Part shown: positions 31,340 to 39,512 of the stretch, piece after piece
Layout of the letters: each line of letters starts with the position of its first letter
How positions within the stretch are numbered: position 1 is the first letter of the stretch
Position numbers and translations under genes: made by a program
NCBI GenBank assembly: GCA_963727505.1
Contig: CAVSGP010000004.1
Span: forward strand, 160,001 to 224,000
Direction of reading: 5' to 3'
Origin: an uncultured Trueperaceae bacterium
Lineage (GTDB): Bacteria; Deinococcota; Deinococci; Deinococcales; Trueperaceae
Length of the DNA: 64,000 nucleotides
The notes under the pieces: generated by a model
What the model was told of the DNA's origin: nothing
Databases searched by the model: none
What the model saw: the letters and a program-made list of their open reading frames with translations, nothing else

Positions 31340-33556
31340 GTGAACCTACCTAGCTACCGACGCTACGCCACACAACTCGGAGGGCGTGAGCTCGTCATCG
31401 AGACCGGCAAGTACGCCAAGCAGGTCTCCGGCAGCGTCACCGTACGCTACGGCGACACCCTGGTGCTGGTGACCGCCCACATGAACGACAGCGGCTCGCC
31501 GCTGCCGTTCCTGCCGCTCACGGTCGAGTACGAGGAGCGCCACTACGCCATCGGCAAGATCCCCGGATCGTTCCTGCGGCGCGAGGGCCGGCCCGGCCAG
31601 CGGGCGACGTTGAACGCCCGCATCACCGACCGCCAGATCCGGCCGCTGTTCCCCAAGCAGCTGCGCAACGAGGTGCAGGTCATCATCACCGTGTTGTCGG
31701 CCGACCAGAAGACCGAACCCGGCCCGCTGGCCGCCATCGGCGCTTCGGCCGCGCTATCGATCAGCGACGTGCCCTGGAACGGGCCCACGGCCTGCTGCGT
31801 GGTCGGCTATCGCGACGGCGAGTACCTCATCAACCCCTCGCTCGAGGAGCTGCAGAACGGCAGCTCGCAGCTCGAGCTCACCGTCGCCGCCAGCAAGGAC
31901 GCGGTGATGATGGTCGAGGCCGCCGCCGACGAGCTCCCCGAGGACGTCATGGTGGGCGCCATCGAGGCCGCTCACGAGGCGCTGAAGCCGGTCGTCGCGC
32001 TCATCGAACAGATGCGCGAGGACATCGGCAAGCCCAAGAAGGGCTTCGAGCCGGCCATCGAGCTCGACACCGCCGACATCGACCTGATGAAGCGCGAGGC
32101 CTCGACCGCCGGCCTGCGCGACGCCCTGCTGACGAAGGGCAAGCACGAGCGCGCCGACGCCATCAGGGCCGTCCGCGACGGCATCCTGGAACGCCTGGTG
32201 CCCGACACCGATGCCGACGGGGCGAGCGATCGCCTCAAGCAGCTCAAGGCCGCTTACGACAAGGCCGAGCAGGCCGAGATGCGGCGCCTGGTGCTCGAGG
32301 AGAACCAGCGCACCGACGGCCGCCGCCCCGACGAGATCCGCCCCATCTGGATCGAGACGGGCGTGCTGCCGATGGCGCACGGCTCGGCGGTGTTCACGCG
32401 CGGTGAGACGCAGGTGCTGTCCGTCGCCACCCTCGGCACCGGCCGCGACAACCGCCTGGTCGACGACCTGGGCCTGGAGAACACCGAAGAGTTCATGCTG
32501 CACTACAACTTCCCGCCCTTCTCCACGGGCGAGGTGAAGCGCCTGCGCGGGACCTCGCGCCGCGAGGTCGGCCACGGCAACCTGGCGCGCCGCGCGCTGG
32601 TGCGGATGGTCCCCGGCCAGGAGGACTTCCCCTACGTGCTGCGGCTCGTGGCCGAGACCCTCGAGTCCAACGGTTCGAGCTCGATGGCCTCGGTGTGCTC
32701 GGGCTCGCTGGCCCTGATGGACGCCGGCGTTCCGGTCCGCAAGCCGGTGGCGGGCATCGCCATGGGTCTGGTCAAGGAAGGTGAACGCTACGCCATCCTG
32801 AGCGACATCCTCGGCTCCGAGGACGCGCTCGGCGACATGGACTTCAAGGTGACCGGTACCGGCGACGGCGTCACCGCTCTGCAGATGGACATCAAGATCA
32901 CCGGCATCACGCCGGCGATCATGCGCGAGGCGCTGGCCCAGGCCCGCGCCGGCCGGCTGCACATCCTCGGCAAGATGGGCGAAGCGCTGCCCGCGCCGCG
33001 CGAGGAGATCTCGCCGCGCGCCCCGCGCATCATGAGCGTGCGCATCCCCGTCGACAAGATCGGCACGGTCATCGGGCCCGGCGGCAAGCAGATCCGCGAG
33101 CTCGAAGCGCTGGGCTGCACCGTCGAGGTGGCGGAGGACGGCCTCATCAAGATCTACAGCGAGGACGCCGCGGTCGCCAAGGAGGTCGCCCGGCGTATCG
33201 AGGAGATGACGGCCACCGCCGAGATCGGTATGGAGTACGACGGCAAGGTCGCCAAGGTGACGGATTTCGGTGCATTCATCACGCTCTTCCCCGGCACCGA
33301 CGGCCTGCTGCACATCTCGCAGATCGCCGAGGAGCGCGTGGAGCGCGTCGAGGACCACCTCAAAGAGGGCGACACGATCCGCGTCAAGGTCAACTCCATC
33401 GACGACCGCGGCAAGATCGACCTGGTACGTCCCGAGCTCGAAGGCAAGATCGCACCCCGCAGCAGCGGCGGCGGGCGCCGTGGAGGCGGCGGCGGGCGCG
33501 GCGGGCGCGATGGACGGGACCGCGGCGACCGCCGGCCCCCGCGCGACCGGCGCTGA
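31340..33556 (+). CDS. pnp: Polyribonucleotide nucleotidyltransferase
   Basis: GKIPGSFLRREGR, FTRGETQ, RREVGHG, SNGSSSMA, GDMDFKV, KH (IGPGGK) and S1 domains. Confidence 0.98.
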   Translation: MNLPSYRRYATQLGGRELVIETGKYAKQVSGSVTVRYGDTLVLVTAHMNDSGSPLPFLPLTVEYEERHYAIGKIPGSFLRREGRPGQRATLNARITDRQIRPLFPKQLRNEVQVIITVLSADQKTEPGPLAAIGASAALSISDVPWNGPTACCVVGYRDGEYLINPSLEELQNGSSQLELTVAASKDAVMMVEAAADELPEDVMVGAIEAAHEALKPVVALIEQMREDIGKPKKGFEPAIELDTADIDLMKREASTAGLRDALLTKGKHERADAIRAVRDGILERLVPDTDADGASDRLKQLKAAYDKAEQAEMRRLVLEENQRTDGRRPDEIRPIWIETGVLPMAHGSAVFTRGETQVLSVATLGTGRDNRLVDDLGLENTEEFMLHYNFPPFSTGEVKRLRGTSRREVGHGNLARRALVRMVPGQEDFPYVLRLVAETLESNGSSSMASVCSGSLALMDAGVPVRKPVAGIAMGLVKEGERYAILSDILGSEDALGDMDFKVTGTGDGVTALQMDIKITGITPAIMREALAQARAGRLHILGKMGEALPAPREEISPRAPRIMSVRIPVDKIGTVIGPGGKQIRELEALGCTVEVAEDGLIKIYSEDAAVAKEVARRIEEMTATAEIGMEYDGKVAKVTDFGAFITLFPGTDGLLHISQIAEERVERVEDHLKEGDTIRVKVNSIDDRGKIDLVRPELEGKIAPRSSGGGRRGGGGGRGGRDGRDRGDRRPPRDRR

Positions 33557-33569
33557 GCTGAGCCACACA

Positions 33570-33599
33570 GGGCCCTCCCGTTCCGCGACGGGAGGGCCC
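33570..33599 (+). terminator. Strong hairpin after pnp
   Basis: GGGCCCUCCCGU / ACGGGAGGGCCC 12-bp stem; no U-tract. Confidence 0.5.
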
Positions 33600-33920
33600 G
33601 GCGGCGCCGATGCGCCGCCCCCTATCTGAATCGCGCGGCGCGGACCGCACGAACCACGCCCGGTGGGACCGAGCGCATCGGAACGAGCGCACCGCAGCGC
33701 CTTCCCCCTCGACCGACCGCGGCACGCCTCCCCTGGGAGGCCGGGACGACGCGAGGCCCGCGTCCCCCCCTATCTTGCGAGCACGGACCGCCCGTGAAGC
33801 CACCGGGCGGCCGCGCAACAAGCGATTCCGGCACGGCGCATGCCGTCGCCGACGCGAACACCCGCACCGGGTGCCGCGTGGCGAGCGTTGCGCTGCGCCG
33901 ATGGACACGAGAGGAGTGTC

Positions 33921-35576
33921 ATGGCTGCGGACGACCGCAAACTTCGCATCATCCCGCTGGGCGGCATGGGCGAGATCGGCAAGAACATGTTCGCCTTCGA
34001 GTACGAGGGCGAGATCCTGCTCATCGACGGGGGGCTCGCGTTCCCCGACGCCGACATGCTCGGGGTCGACATCCTGGTCCCCAAGATCGACTGGGTGGTC
34101 GAGAACGCCCACAAGATCAAGGGCTGGGTGCTGACGCACGGCCACGAGGACCACATCGGCGGGCTGCCCTACATGATCAAGCTGCTGCCCAAGATCCCGA
34201 TGTACGGCGCCAAGCTCACGCTGGGCCTGTTACGCGGCAAGTTCGAGGAGTTCAAGCTCTCCGAGTCCGACGTCGATCTGCACGAGATCACGCCCGACGA
34301 CCGCATCAAGATCAGCAAGTACTTCACCGTCGACTTCTTCCGCATGACCCACTCGATCCCGGACAACAGCGGGCTGGTCATCCACACGCCGCTCGGGCGG
34401 GTGGTGCACTCGGGCGACTTCAAGCTCGACTACAACCCCGCCGACGGCAAGACCAGCCACCTGCACAAGCTCGCGCAGGCCGGCGAGGACGGCGTGCTGC
34501 TGCTGATCTCGGACTCCACCAACGCCGAGCGCCCCGGCTACACCCCCAGCGAGCGCGACGTCATGGCCGCGGTCGACGACCTGGTCGCCAAGGCGAGCGG
34601 CCGCGTCATCGTCACCACCTTCTCCAGCCACGTCCACCGGCTGCAGAACTTCGTGCGGATCGCCGAGAAGTATGACCGACGCGTGGTGATGGAGGGGCGC
34701 TCCATGATCAAGAACGCCACCATCGCACAGGAGCTCGGTTACCTGGAGCTGAAGCAGCCCTTCGTCGCCAGCGACAACGTCGGCGACTTGCAGGACGACA
34801 AGGTGCTGTTCCTGTGCACGGGCTCGCAAGGGCAGCCGATGGCGGCGCTGAGCCGACTGGCGTCGGGCAGCCACCGCAAGATCAACCTCAAGCCCGGCGA
34901 CACCGTCATCATGTCGTCCAACCCCATCCCCGGCAACGAGGAGGCGGTGGGGCGCGTCATCAACCAGCTCTACGAGCGCAGGGTCAACGTCTTCTACCCG
35001 CCGACGTACAAGGTGCACGCCTCGGGGCACGCCTCGCAGGAGGAGCTCAAGCTCATCCTGGACCTCACGCGCCCACGCTTCTTCATGCCGTGGCACGGCG
35101 AGATGCGTCACCAGGTCAACCACCAGCGGCTCGCCGAGGGCATGAGCCATCCCCCCAAGAAGGTGCTCATCGCCCACAACGGCGACGTTCTCGAGTTGAC
35201 CAAGGACAACCTCAAGGTCGCGGGCCAGGTCGAGGCCGGCGTGCTCTTCATCGACAGCGTCGGCCGGACCGGCGACGAGGTCACCGAACCGGTCATCCGC
35301 GACCGCCAGATGCTCTCGGCCGAAGGCGTCATCGTCATCATGGCGCTGGCGGGACGCAAGCCGTCTGTGGAGGTCATCACCCGCGGCGTGGCGCAGGGCG
35401 ACAACGGACTGGTCAAGGAGATCGAACGCATCGCGCTCGAGGGTCTGCAGAAGGGCGTACGCGAGAAGCGACGGCTCAACGACATCCGGGACGACATCTT
35501 CTACCCGGTGCGTCGCTACATCCGCAAGGCCACCGGGCGCAACCCCCTCATCGTGCCCACGGTGCTCCAGGGGTAA
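33921..35576 (+). CDS. rnj: Ribonuclease J
   Basis: PLGGMGEIGKN, THGHEDHIG, THSIPD, GDFK, DSTN, GSQGQP, HASGH, HGE. Confidence 0.97.
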   Translation: MAADDRKLRIIPLGGMGEIGKNMFAFEYEGEILLIDGGLAFPDADMLGVDILVPKIDWVVENAHKIKGWVLTHGHEDHIGGLPYMIKLLPKIPMYGAKLTLGLLRGKFEEFKLSESDVDLHEITPDDRIKISKYFTVDFFRMTHSIPDNSGLVIHTPLGRVVHSGDFKLDYNPADGKTSHLHKLAQAGEDGVLLLISDSTNAERPGYTPSERDVMAAVDDLVAKASGRVIVTTFSSHVHRLQNFVRIAEKYDRRVVMEGRSMIKNATIAQELGYLELKQPFVASDNVGDLQDDKVLFLCTGSQGQPMAALSRLASGSHRKINLKPGDTVIMSSNPIPGNEEAVGRVINQLYERRVNVFYPPTYKVHASGHASQEELKLILDLTRPRFFMPWHGEMRHQVNHQRLAEGMSHPPKKVLIAHNGDVLELTKDNLKVAGQVEAGVLFIDSVGRTGDEVTEPVIRDRQMLSAEGVIVIMALAGRKPSVEVITRGVAQGDNGLVKEIERIALEGLQKGVREKRRLNDIRDDIFYPVRRYIRKATGRNPLIVPTVLQG

Positions 35577-35595
35577 TCCGGCCGGTCGCGGCCCA

Positions 35596-36246
35596 TCAAG
35601 CGATGGGGTCGTCGGCCCAGGGCGCGGGATCCGCGCCGCTCAGCCAGTCCCGCAGACGTTCCAGGGCGCGCGCCGTGAGCGCGCGCCCTTGCGTGATCAG
35701 GTCGTCCTCGACGAGCAGGGCGTTGCTGATGCGTCGCTGGCAGTCGTAGCCGGCGGCGGCCACGTAGCGGCCCTCGCGGTAGAGGTCGAGGGCGCGCTCC
35801 ACCGGCACCTCGTAGAGCACCGCGACCTCGTGACACGCCAGCGCGTATTCGGTCACCGGACGTTCCTCGCGCACCGCGTAGACGTCCTGGACCTCGCGAT
35901 CGAGGCCGTTCTCGTAGCTGCGTACCGAGCGTACACTCCCGAGGAACGTGAGCTGCCCGGGCCGCACCACCAGCCCGATCTCCTCCTCGGCCTCACGAAC
36001 GATGTCGACGAGGGTCTCGCCCACCCGCACGTGCCCGCCGACGGACACGTCGATCCGGCCGCCCTCGAGATCCTTGCGGCGCGAGCGGCGCTGCAGCAGC
36101 ACCAGCCGGCCCTCACGCACCACCCACAGATGGAAGGCGCGGTGCCAGTCGCCGTCGGCATGGACGGCCGCACGCGCTTTACCGCGGCCGAGCGGGGCGC
36201 CGTCGTCGTCGAGCAGTTCGAGCAACTCGTCGGCGGGGGTCGTCAT
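35596..36246 (-). CDS. NUDIX hydrolase (IDI-like subfamily)
   Basis: VHADGDWHRAFHLW, LLQRRS..K, GGHVRVGE...REAEEEIGL. Confidence 0.88.
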   Translation of the reverse strand: MTTPADELLELLDDDGAPLGRGKARAAVHADGDWHRAFHLWVVREGRLVLLQRRSRRKDLEGGRIDVSVGGHVRVGETLVDIVREAEEEIGLVVRPGQLTFLGSVRSVRSYENGLDREVQDVYAVREERPVTEYALACHEVAVLYEVPVERALDLYREGRYVAAAGYDCQRRISNALLVEDDLITQGRALTARALERLRDWLSGADPAPWADDPIA

Positions 36247-36380
36247 GCGGTCATTCTAGGAGGCGGGCGCGGCAGCGGACGCGAACCATCGCGCATGGCC
36301 CGCGCAGGCTCCCGACGCTCGAACCTTCCCGCCTACCCACGCCTCCCGCTCGCCTCGTCTGATGCTGTTGCTGCTGCTGC

Positions 36381-36410
36381 TTGACGCGCCGCGCACGGCG
36401 CTCGTACACT
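36381..36410 (+). promoter_or_regulatory. Sigma70-type promoter for tRNA-Pro
   Basis: TTGACG-N18-TACACT. Confidence 0.7.
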
Positions 36411-36449
36411 TTGTAAGCACCGACGCGGGCAAGGCGTCGGCGACCGCCC

Positions 36450-36526
36450 CGGGGTGTAGCGCAGCCTGGTAGCGCACTTGACTGGGGGTCAAGTGGTCGC
36501 TGGTTCAAATCCAGTCACCCCGACCA
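36450..36526 (+). tRNA. tRNA-Pro(GGG)
   Basis: 77-nt cloverleaf: acceptor CGGGGUG/CACCCCG, anticodon arm CUUGA-CUGGGGG-UCAAG, T-loop GGUUCAAAUCC, encoded CCA. Confidence 0.97.
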
Positions 36527-36555
36527 GATGAATGTCGTCCAGGACGGCAGAATGA

Positions 36556-36596
36556 AGGTGGGCCTTCCGAGACTCGGGAGGCCCACCTGTTTGTTG
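36556..36596 (+). terminator. Rho-independent terminator after tRNA-Pro
   Basis: AGGUGGGCCUUCCGA / UCGGGAGGCCCACCU stem followed by GUUUGUUG. Confidence 0.75.
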
Positions 36597-36625
36597 TGTG
36601 CCGGTTGTGTGCCGGTTGTGTGCCG
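36593..36625. repeat. Perfect 11-bp direct repeat x3 (candidate integrase arm-type sites)
   Basis: GTTGTGTGCCG three times in tandem, about 70 nt past the tRNA 3' end. The repeat is directly visible; the function is inferred. Confidence 0.7.
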
Positions 36626-36880
36626 ATTCGAGCCGACGCACGCCCGGGTTGACCAACTGGCAGATTCGGGATCGACTCATCACGGGTGAACCGTATTGGG
36701 TTTGATGGGGACTCCGTTCTCGCGGTCCGACGAAAGCGGTCCCCGCGCCCGATCGGGGTGGCGGATGGCCGCCCCGGGGCAACCGTCGCCACACGTCGAA
36801 CGGTAGGCCGCGTCTGCCAGGAGGGGTGAGGGACCAAGGTCTCTGTACCTACTCGTCGGCGCTTGCACCGTCCACCGGGG

Positions 36881-37864
36881 TCATGACCCGACCATTTCAA
36901 CAACACGAGAAGACGAGCCGGTCGCAGCCCCTGCCCGCTGCCCCGACCTCGCTTCGATGGCTCGCTCGATCTCGGGAACGGCGCGCAGTGCAGCCGAACG
37001 GCCGTAGGCGATGAGCCGGTCCAGAAGGTCGAAGTCGAACACGCCGATCTCGCGCGGAATCTCAACGACCAGCCGCACGTCCGCCTCGTCGAACTCTTCG
37101 GCCTGAAGACGGTGGGCTGTCAAAGCATTGAGGCGCAGAAGCAGGCCGACGCCGGTACGGGGAAGGATGGGCGCCAGAGGTGGCGTCACGCTGACCCCGA
37201 CGACGACATCGGCGCCAAGGGCCCGTGTGGCGCGAACCGGAAGGTTGCTGACCACGCCGCCATCGATGAGCCAATGCGAGCCCCGCGCAACGGGCGTGAA
37301 GACGCCGGGAAGCGCCGCGCTGGCATGGAGCGCCCTCGCAAGGTTGCCGGTACGCAGGACGGCCACATCGCCGGTCATCACATCGGTGGCGGTAGCGGCG
37401 AACGGAATGTCCAGCTCTTCGATGGCCCGGTGCGCAGCGATGGCATCGAGGTGCTTCTCCAACCGAGCACCCGAGTCGCGGCCCAACCCGAAGACATCGT
37501 GCTCGACGTAATCGACCGCCTCGAGCAGGCCACTAGCCCGTTGGCGCCACGAGCCGGACCGCCAAGGGTTCCCAGGCGCCTCCGACAATAGGTCCGCCAA
37601 GCGCGCGGGCTCCCCGATCAGTCCGGGGTCGGCCGCGAAGAGGCCTCCCACGATCGCGCCCATAGACGCACCAGCGATGGCGCCGATGGCGATGCCCGCT
37701 TCCTCGAGGACCTGCAGCACGCCAATGTGGGCCAGGCCGCGAGCGCCTCCTCCTCCCAACGCAACGCCGACACGGGTGCTCGGTTCGGCGCCCTTCGACG
37801 CGGTGCCTGGTAGCGCTGCGTCGAACGGGCGGTGGTTCACTCCTGACGCCAGAACTGCGGTCAT
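36881..37864 (-). CDS. Patatin-like phospholipase (RssA/NTE-like)
   Basis: GGGGARG oxyanion motif, GASMG nucleophile, ASAALPG, DGG. Confidence 0.92.
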   Translation of the reverse strand: MTAVLASGVNHRPFDAALPGTASKGAEPSTRVGVALGGGGARGLAHIGVLQVLEEAGIAIGAIAGASMGAIVGGLFAADPGLIGEPARLADLLSEAPGNPWRSGSWRQRASGLLEAVDYVEHDVFGLGRDSGARLEKHLDAIAAHRAIEELDIPFAATATDVMTGDVAVLRTGNLARALHASAALPGVFTPVARGSHWLIDGGVVSNLPVRATRALGADVVVGVSVTPPLAPILPRTGVGLLLRLNALTAHRLQAEEFDEADVRLVVEIPREIGVFDFDLLDRLIAYGRSAALRAVPEIERAIEARSGQRAGAATGSSSRVVEMVGS

Positions 37865-37879
37865 GGGTCCGTCTCCCTC

Positions 37880-38563
37880 CTAGTCCTGCAAGGAGTTCCC
37901 GCTGGCGCGGCTGGAAAGGTTGACGGTGCGAACGATGCTTGCGACGAGCACTTCGGCGTCGGCATCGGGACCGAAAAGCGCTTCGAACAACACGGTGTCC
38001 AGGAAGGTGCGGGCGATCTCGAAGGACGTCTGCGCATCGACGTCGGCCGCCGCCGATTCGCTCAGGACTTCACCCAGAGCGTCGAAGGCCAGCTGGCGGG
38101 CCTCGTCCCAGTGCGCTCGGACGGCCTCGCGTTGAAGGATCTCCCGCACCATGATGCGCAGCATCGGCGCGGCGTGCCTAGCTATACCGTATGCGCTCAT
38201 GCCGGCCCGTCTCAGGACCTCGTGGGCATCCAGGCGGGGTTCGCTCGTTGCGATGTCGGCGATGGTCGCGCTCAACAGCGGCAGCACGGTGCGCTCGTCG
38301 ATCAACGCCTCGAGCAGGCCCTCCTTGGCGCCGAAGTAGTGGAAGATCAGCCCCGTCGCCACCCCCGCCGTGGTGGCGATCACCTTGACCGGAGTCGCGT
38401 CGAAGCCGCGCTCCGCGAAGAGCGCCATCGCGGCATCGAGGATGGCGGCGCGCGTTTCCGCACCGCCACCCGCGACCTTCGGCCGCCGGCCGAGCGGCCG
38501 CTGGGGCGACGCCGGGCGATTGCGCGCCCCTCCGGTCTCGGGCAAGCGCTCTTCATTCGCCAT
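37880..38563 (-). CDS. TetR/AcrR-family transcriptional regulator
   Basis: TRAAILDAAMALFAERGFDAT...IA..AGVATGLIFHYFGAKEGL HTH. Confidence 0.92.
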   Translation of the reverse strand: MANEERLPETGGARNRPASPQRPLGRRPKVAGGGAETRAAILDAAMALFAERGFDATPVKVIATTAGVATGLIFHYFGAKEGLLEALIDERTVLPLLSATIADIATSEPRLDAHEVLRRAGMSAYGIARHAAPMLRIMVREILQREAVRAHWDEARQLAFDALGEVLSESAAADVDAQTSFEIARTFLDTVLFEALFGPDADAEVLVASIVRTVNLSSRASGNSLQD

Positions 38564-38617
38564 CGCGCACCCCCCTTCCCGGCTGCACCGGAACGCAGCA
38601 AGCTCGGGCGAGCAGCG

Positions 38618-38659
38618 CGATGGTGGGGGTGCGCCTCCCCGAGCGCACCCCCACCATCG
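38618..38659. terminator. 17-bp perfect inverted repeat inside the SPW-tetR operon
   Basis: CGATGGTGGGGGTGCGC-N8-GCGCACCCCCACCATCG. Confidence 0.55.
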
Positions 38660-38722
38660 ACCCAGCTTCCCATCGCATCATGTTCCCGAGCCCACTCGCC
38701 TCTACGGCCAGGTCCGCCACCA

Positions 38723-38929
38723 TCATGCCGACGGCCGGGCGGTCCCCTTCGTCGCTCCACCGATACCGGCCAGCGCTGAGAGCGCCGCCAGCGCTACGAC
38801 CACGCTCACGATCCACGCGTTCCAGGCTCCCGCAGACACACTCGCGAAGCCCAGCAACCACGGCGCCACGAACAGCCAGGCGCCCAGCACCAAGTTCGTC
38901 CAATCCTTCCAGCGGGACCAAGTCTTCAT
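38723..38929 (-). CDS. SPW-repeat small membrane protein (68 aa)
   Basis: WKDWTNLVLGAWLFVAPWLLGF...AWNAWIV SPW-type unit; GGAGGAGG RBS. Confidence 0.8.
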   Translation of the reverse strand: MKTWSRWKDWTNLVLGAWLFVAPWLLGFASVSAGAWNAWIVSVVVALAALSALAGIGGATKGTARPSA

Positions 38930-38954
38930 CGCATTCCTCCTCCGATCAGTATCT

Positions 38955-39000
38955 AACTGACCGTTCAATTCATATTAGTCACGAACCCCTCTCGCGTCAA
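38955..39000 (-). promoter_or_regulatory. Promoter with TetR-type operator
   Basis: TTGACG-N17-TAATAT on the minus strand; imperfect palindrome AATTGAACGGTCAGTT over the predicted start site. Confidence 0.65.
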
Positions 39001-39048
39001 CCCCCTGGGGGTATATCGCGACCGTCCCGCCCCACCGGCAAATGCCTC

Positions 39049-39077
39049 TGGACCTTCCAGCGATCTAGCCGTATCAT
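39049..39077 (+). promoter_or_regulatory. Candidate promoter driving the long leader of the TSUP gene
   Basis: TGGACC-N17-TATCAT. Confidence 0.45.
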
Positions 39078-39083
39078 CCACAT

Positions 39084-39512
39084 CGCTTTGGACCGGCCGA
39101 CACCGGGTCCCTAGGTCAGAGGTTCCGAGGAGACGGGGCCCCTTCCCCTACTGGACGGTGTTCGTGCAAGCGAGACAGAGGCACAAGCGGATTCGACCGC
39201 AAGCCACAGAGGAGGCTCCTTGAACGCGTTTCCGTCGACGAGAAGGCCCGAGCGGTCCTGCGACAGCTGCAGAGCCACGGTCGGAGCCTTCCGAGGAGGG
39301 TGCGTGGCGCGCACGTGTGCCGGAGGCCATGCCCACAGCGAGAGCCCCTGTCCACGACAGGGGCCGTGGGCCCATCCAGGCCTCGACCATGCCAAGAGGC
39401 GCGGGGCGGAGGGGATCCATACCCCCCAACGTTCTCGCCTCACGCGTCAGCTGGCCCGCCAACCCCACCCACACCCTTGCCCCCTTCCCGAAGCTCCGAA
39501 GTGAGGTAGCCC
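39084..39512 (+). ncRNA. Candidate structured leader RNA (unclassified)
   Basis: Dense run of hairpins and nested helices; see findings. Not matched to a known family by eye. Confidence 0.35.

Noticed and set aside
36593..36625. Short repeat arrays (here, 11619 and 49297) as CRISPR
   Set aside because: Units are 11-15 bp, directly tandem, with no spacers and no cas genes.
36700..36745. Hammerhead ribozyme (UGAUG...CGAAA)
   Set aside because: The CUGANGA core is absent and no stems I/III are evident.
36881..37864. Patatin as a CBASS/CapV defence effector
   Set aside because: Motifs are RssA/NTE-like and there is no cyclase or other defence gene adjacent.
39178..39225. c-di-GMP-I riboswitch resemblance (GGCACAA..CGCAAGCCACAG)
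   Set aside because: Lacks GGCAAA / ACGCAAAGC, the GNRA-capped P2 and the receptor.
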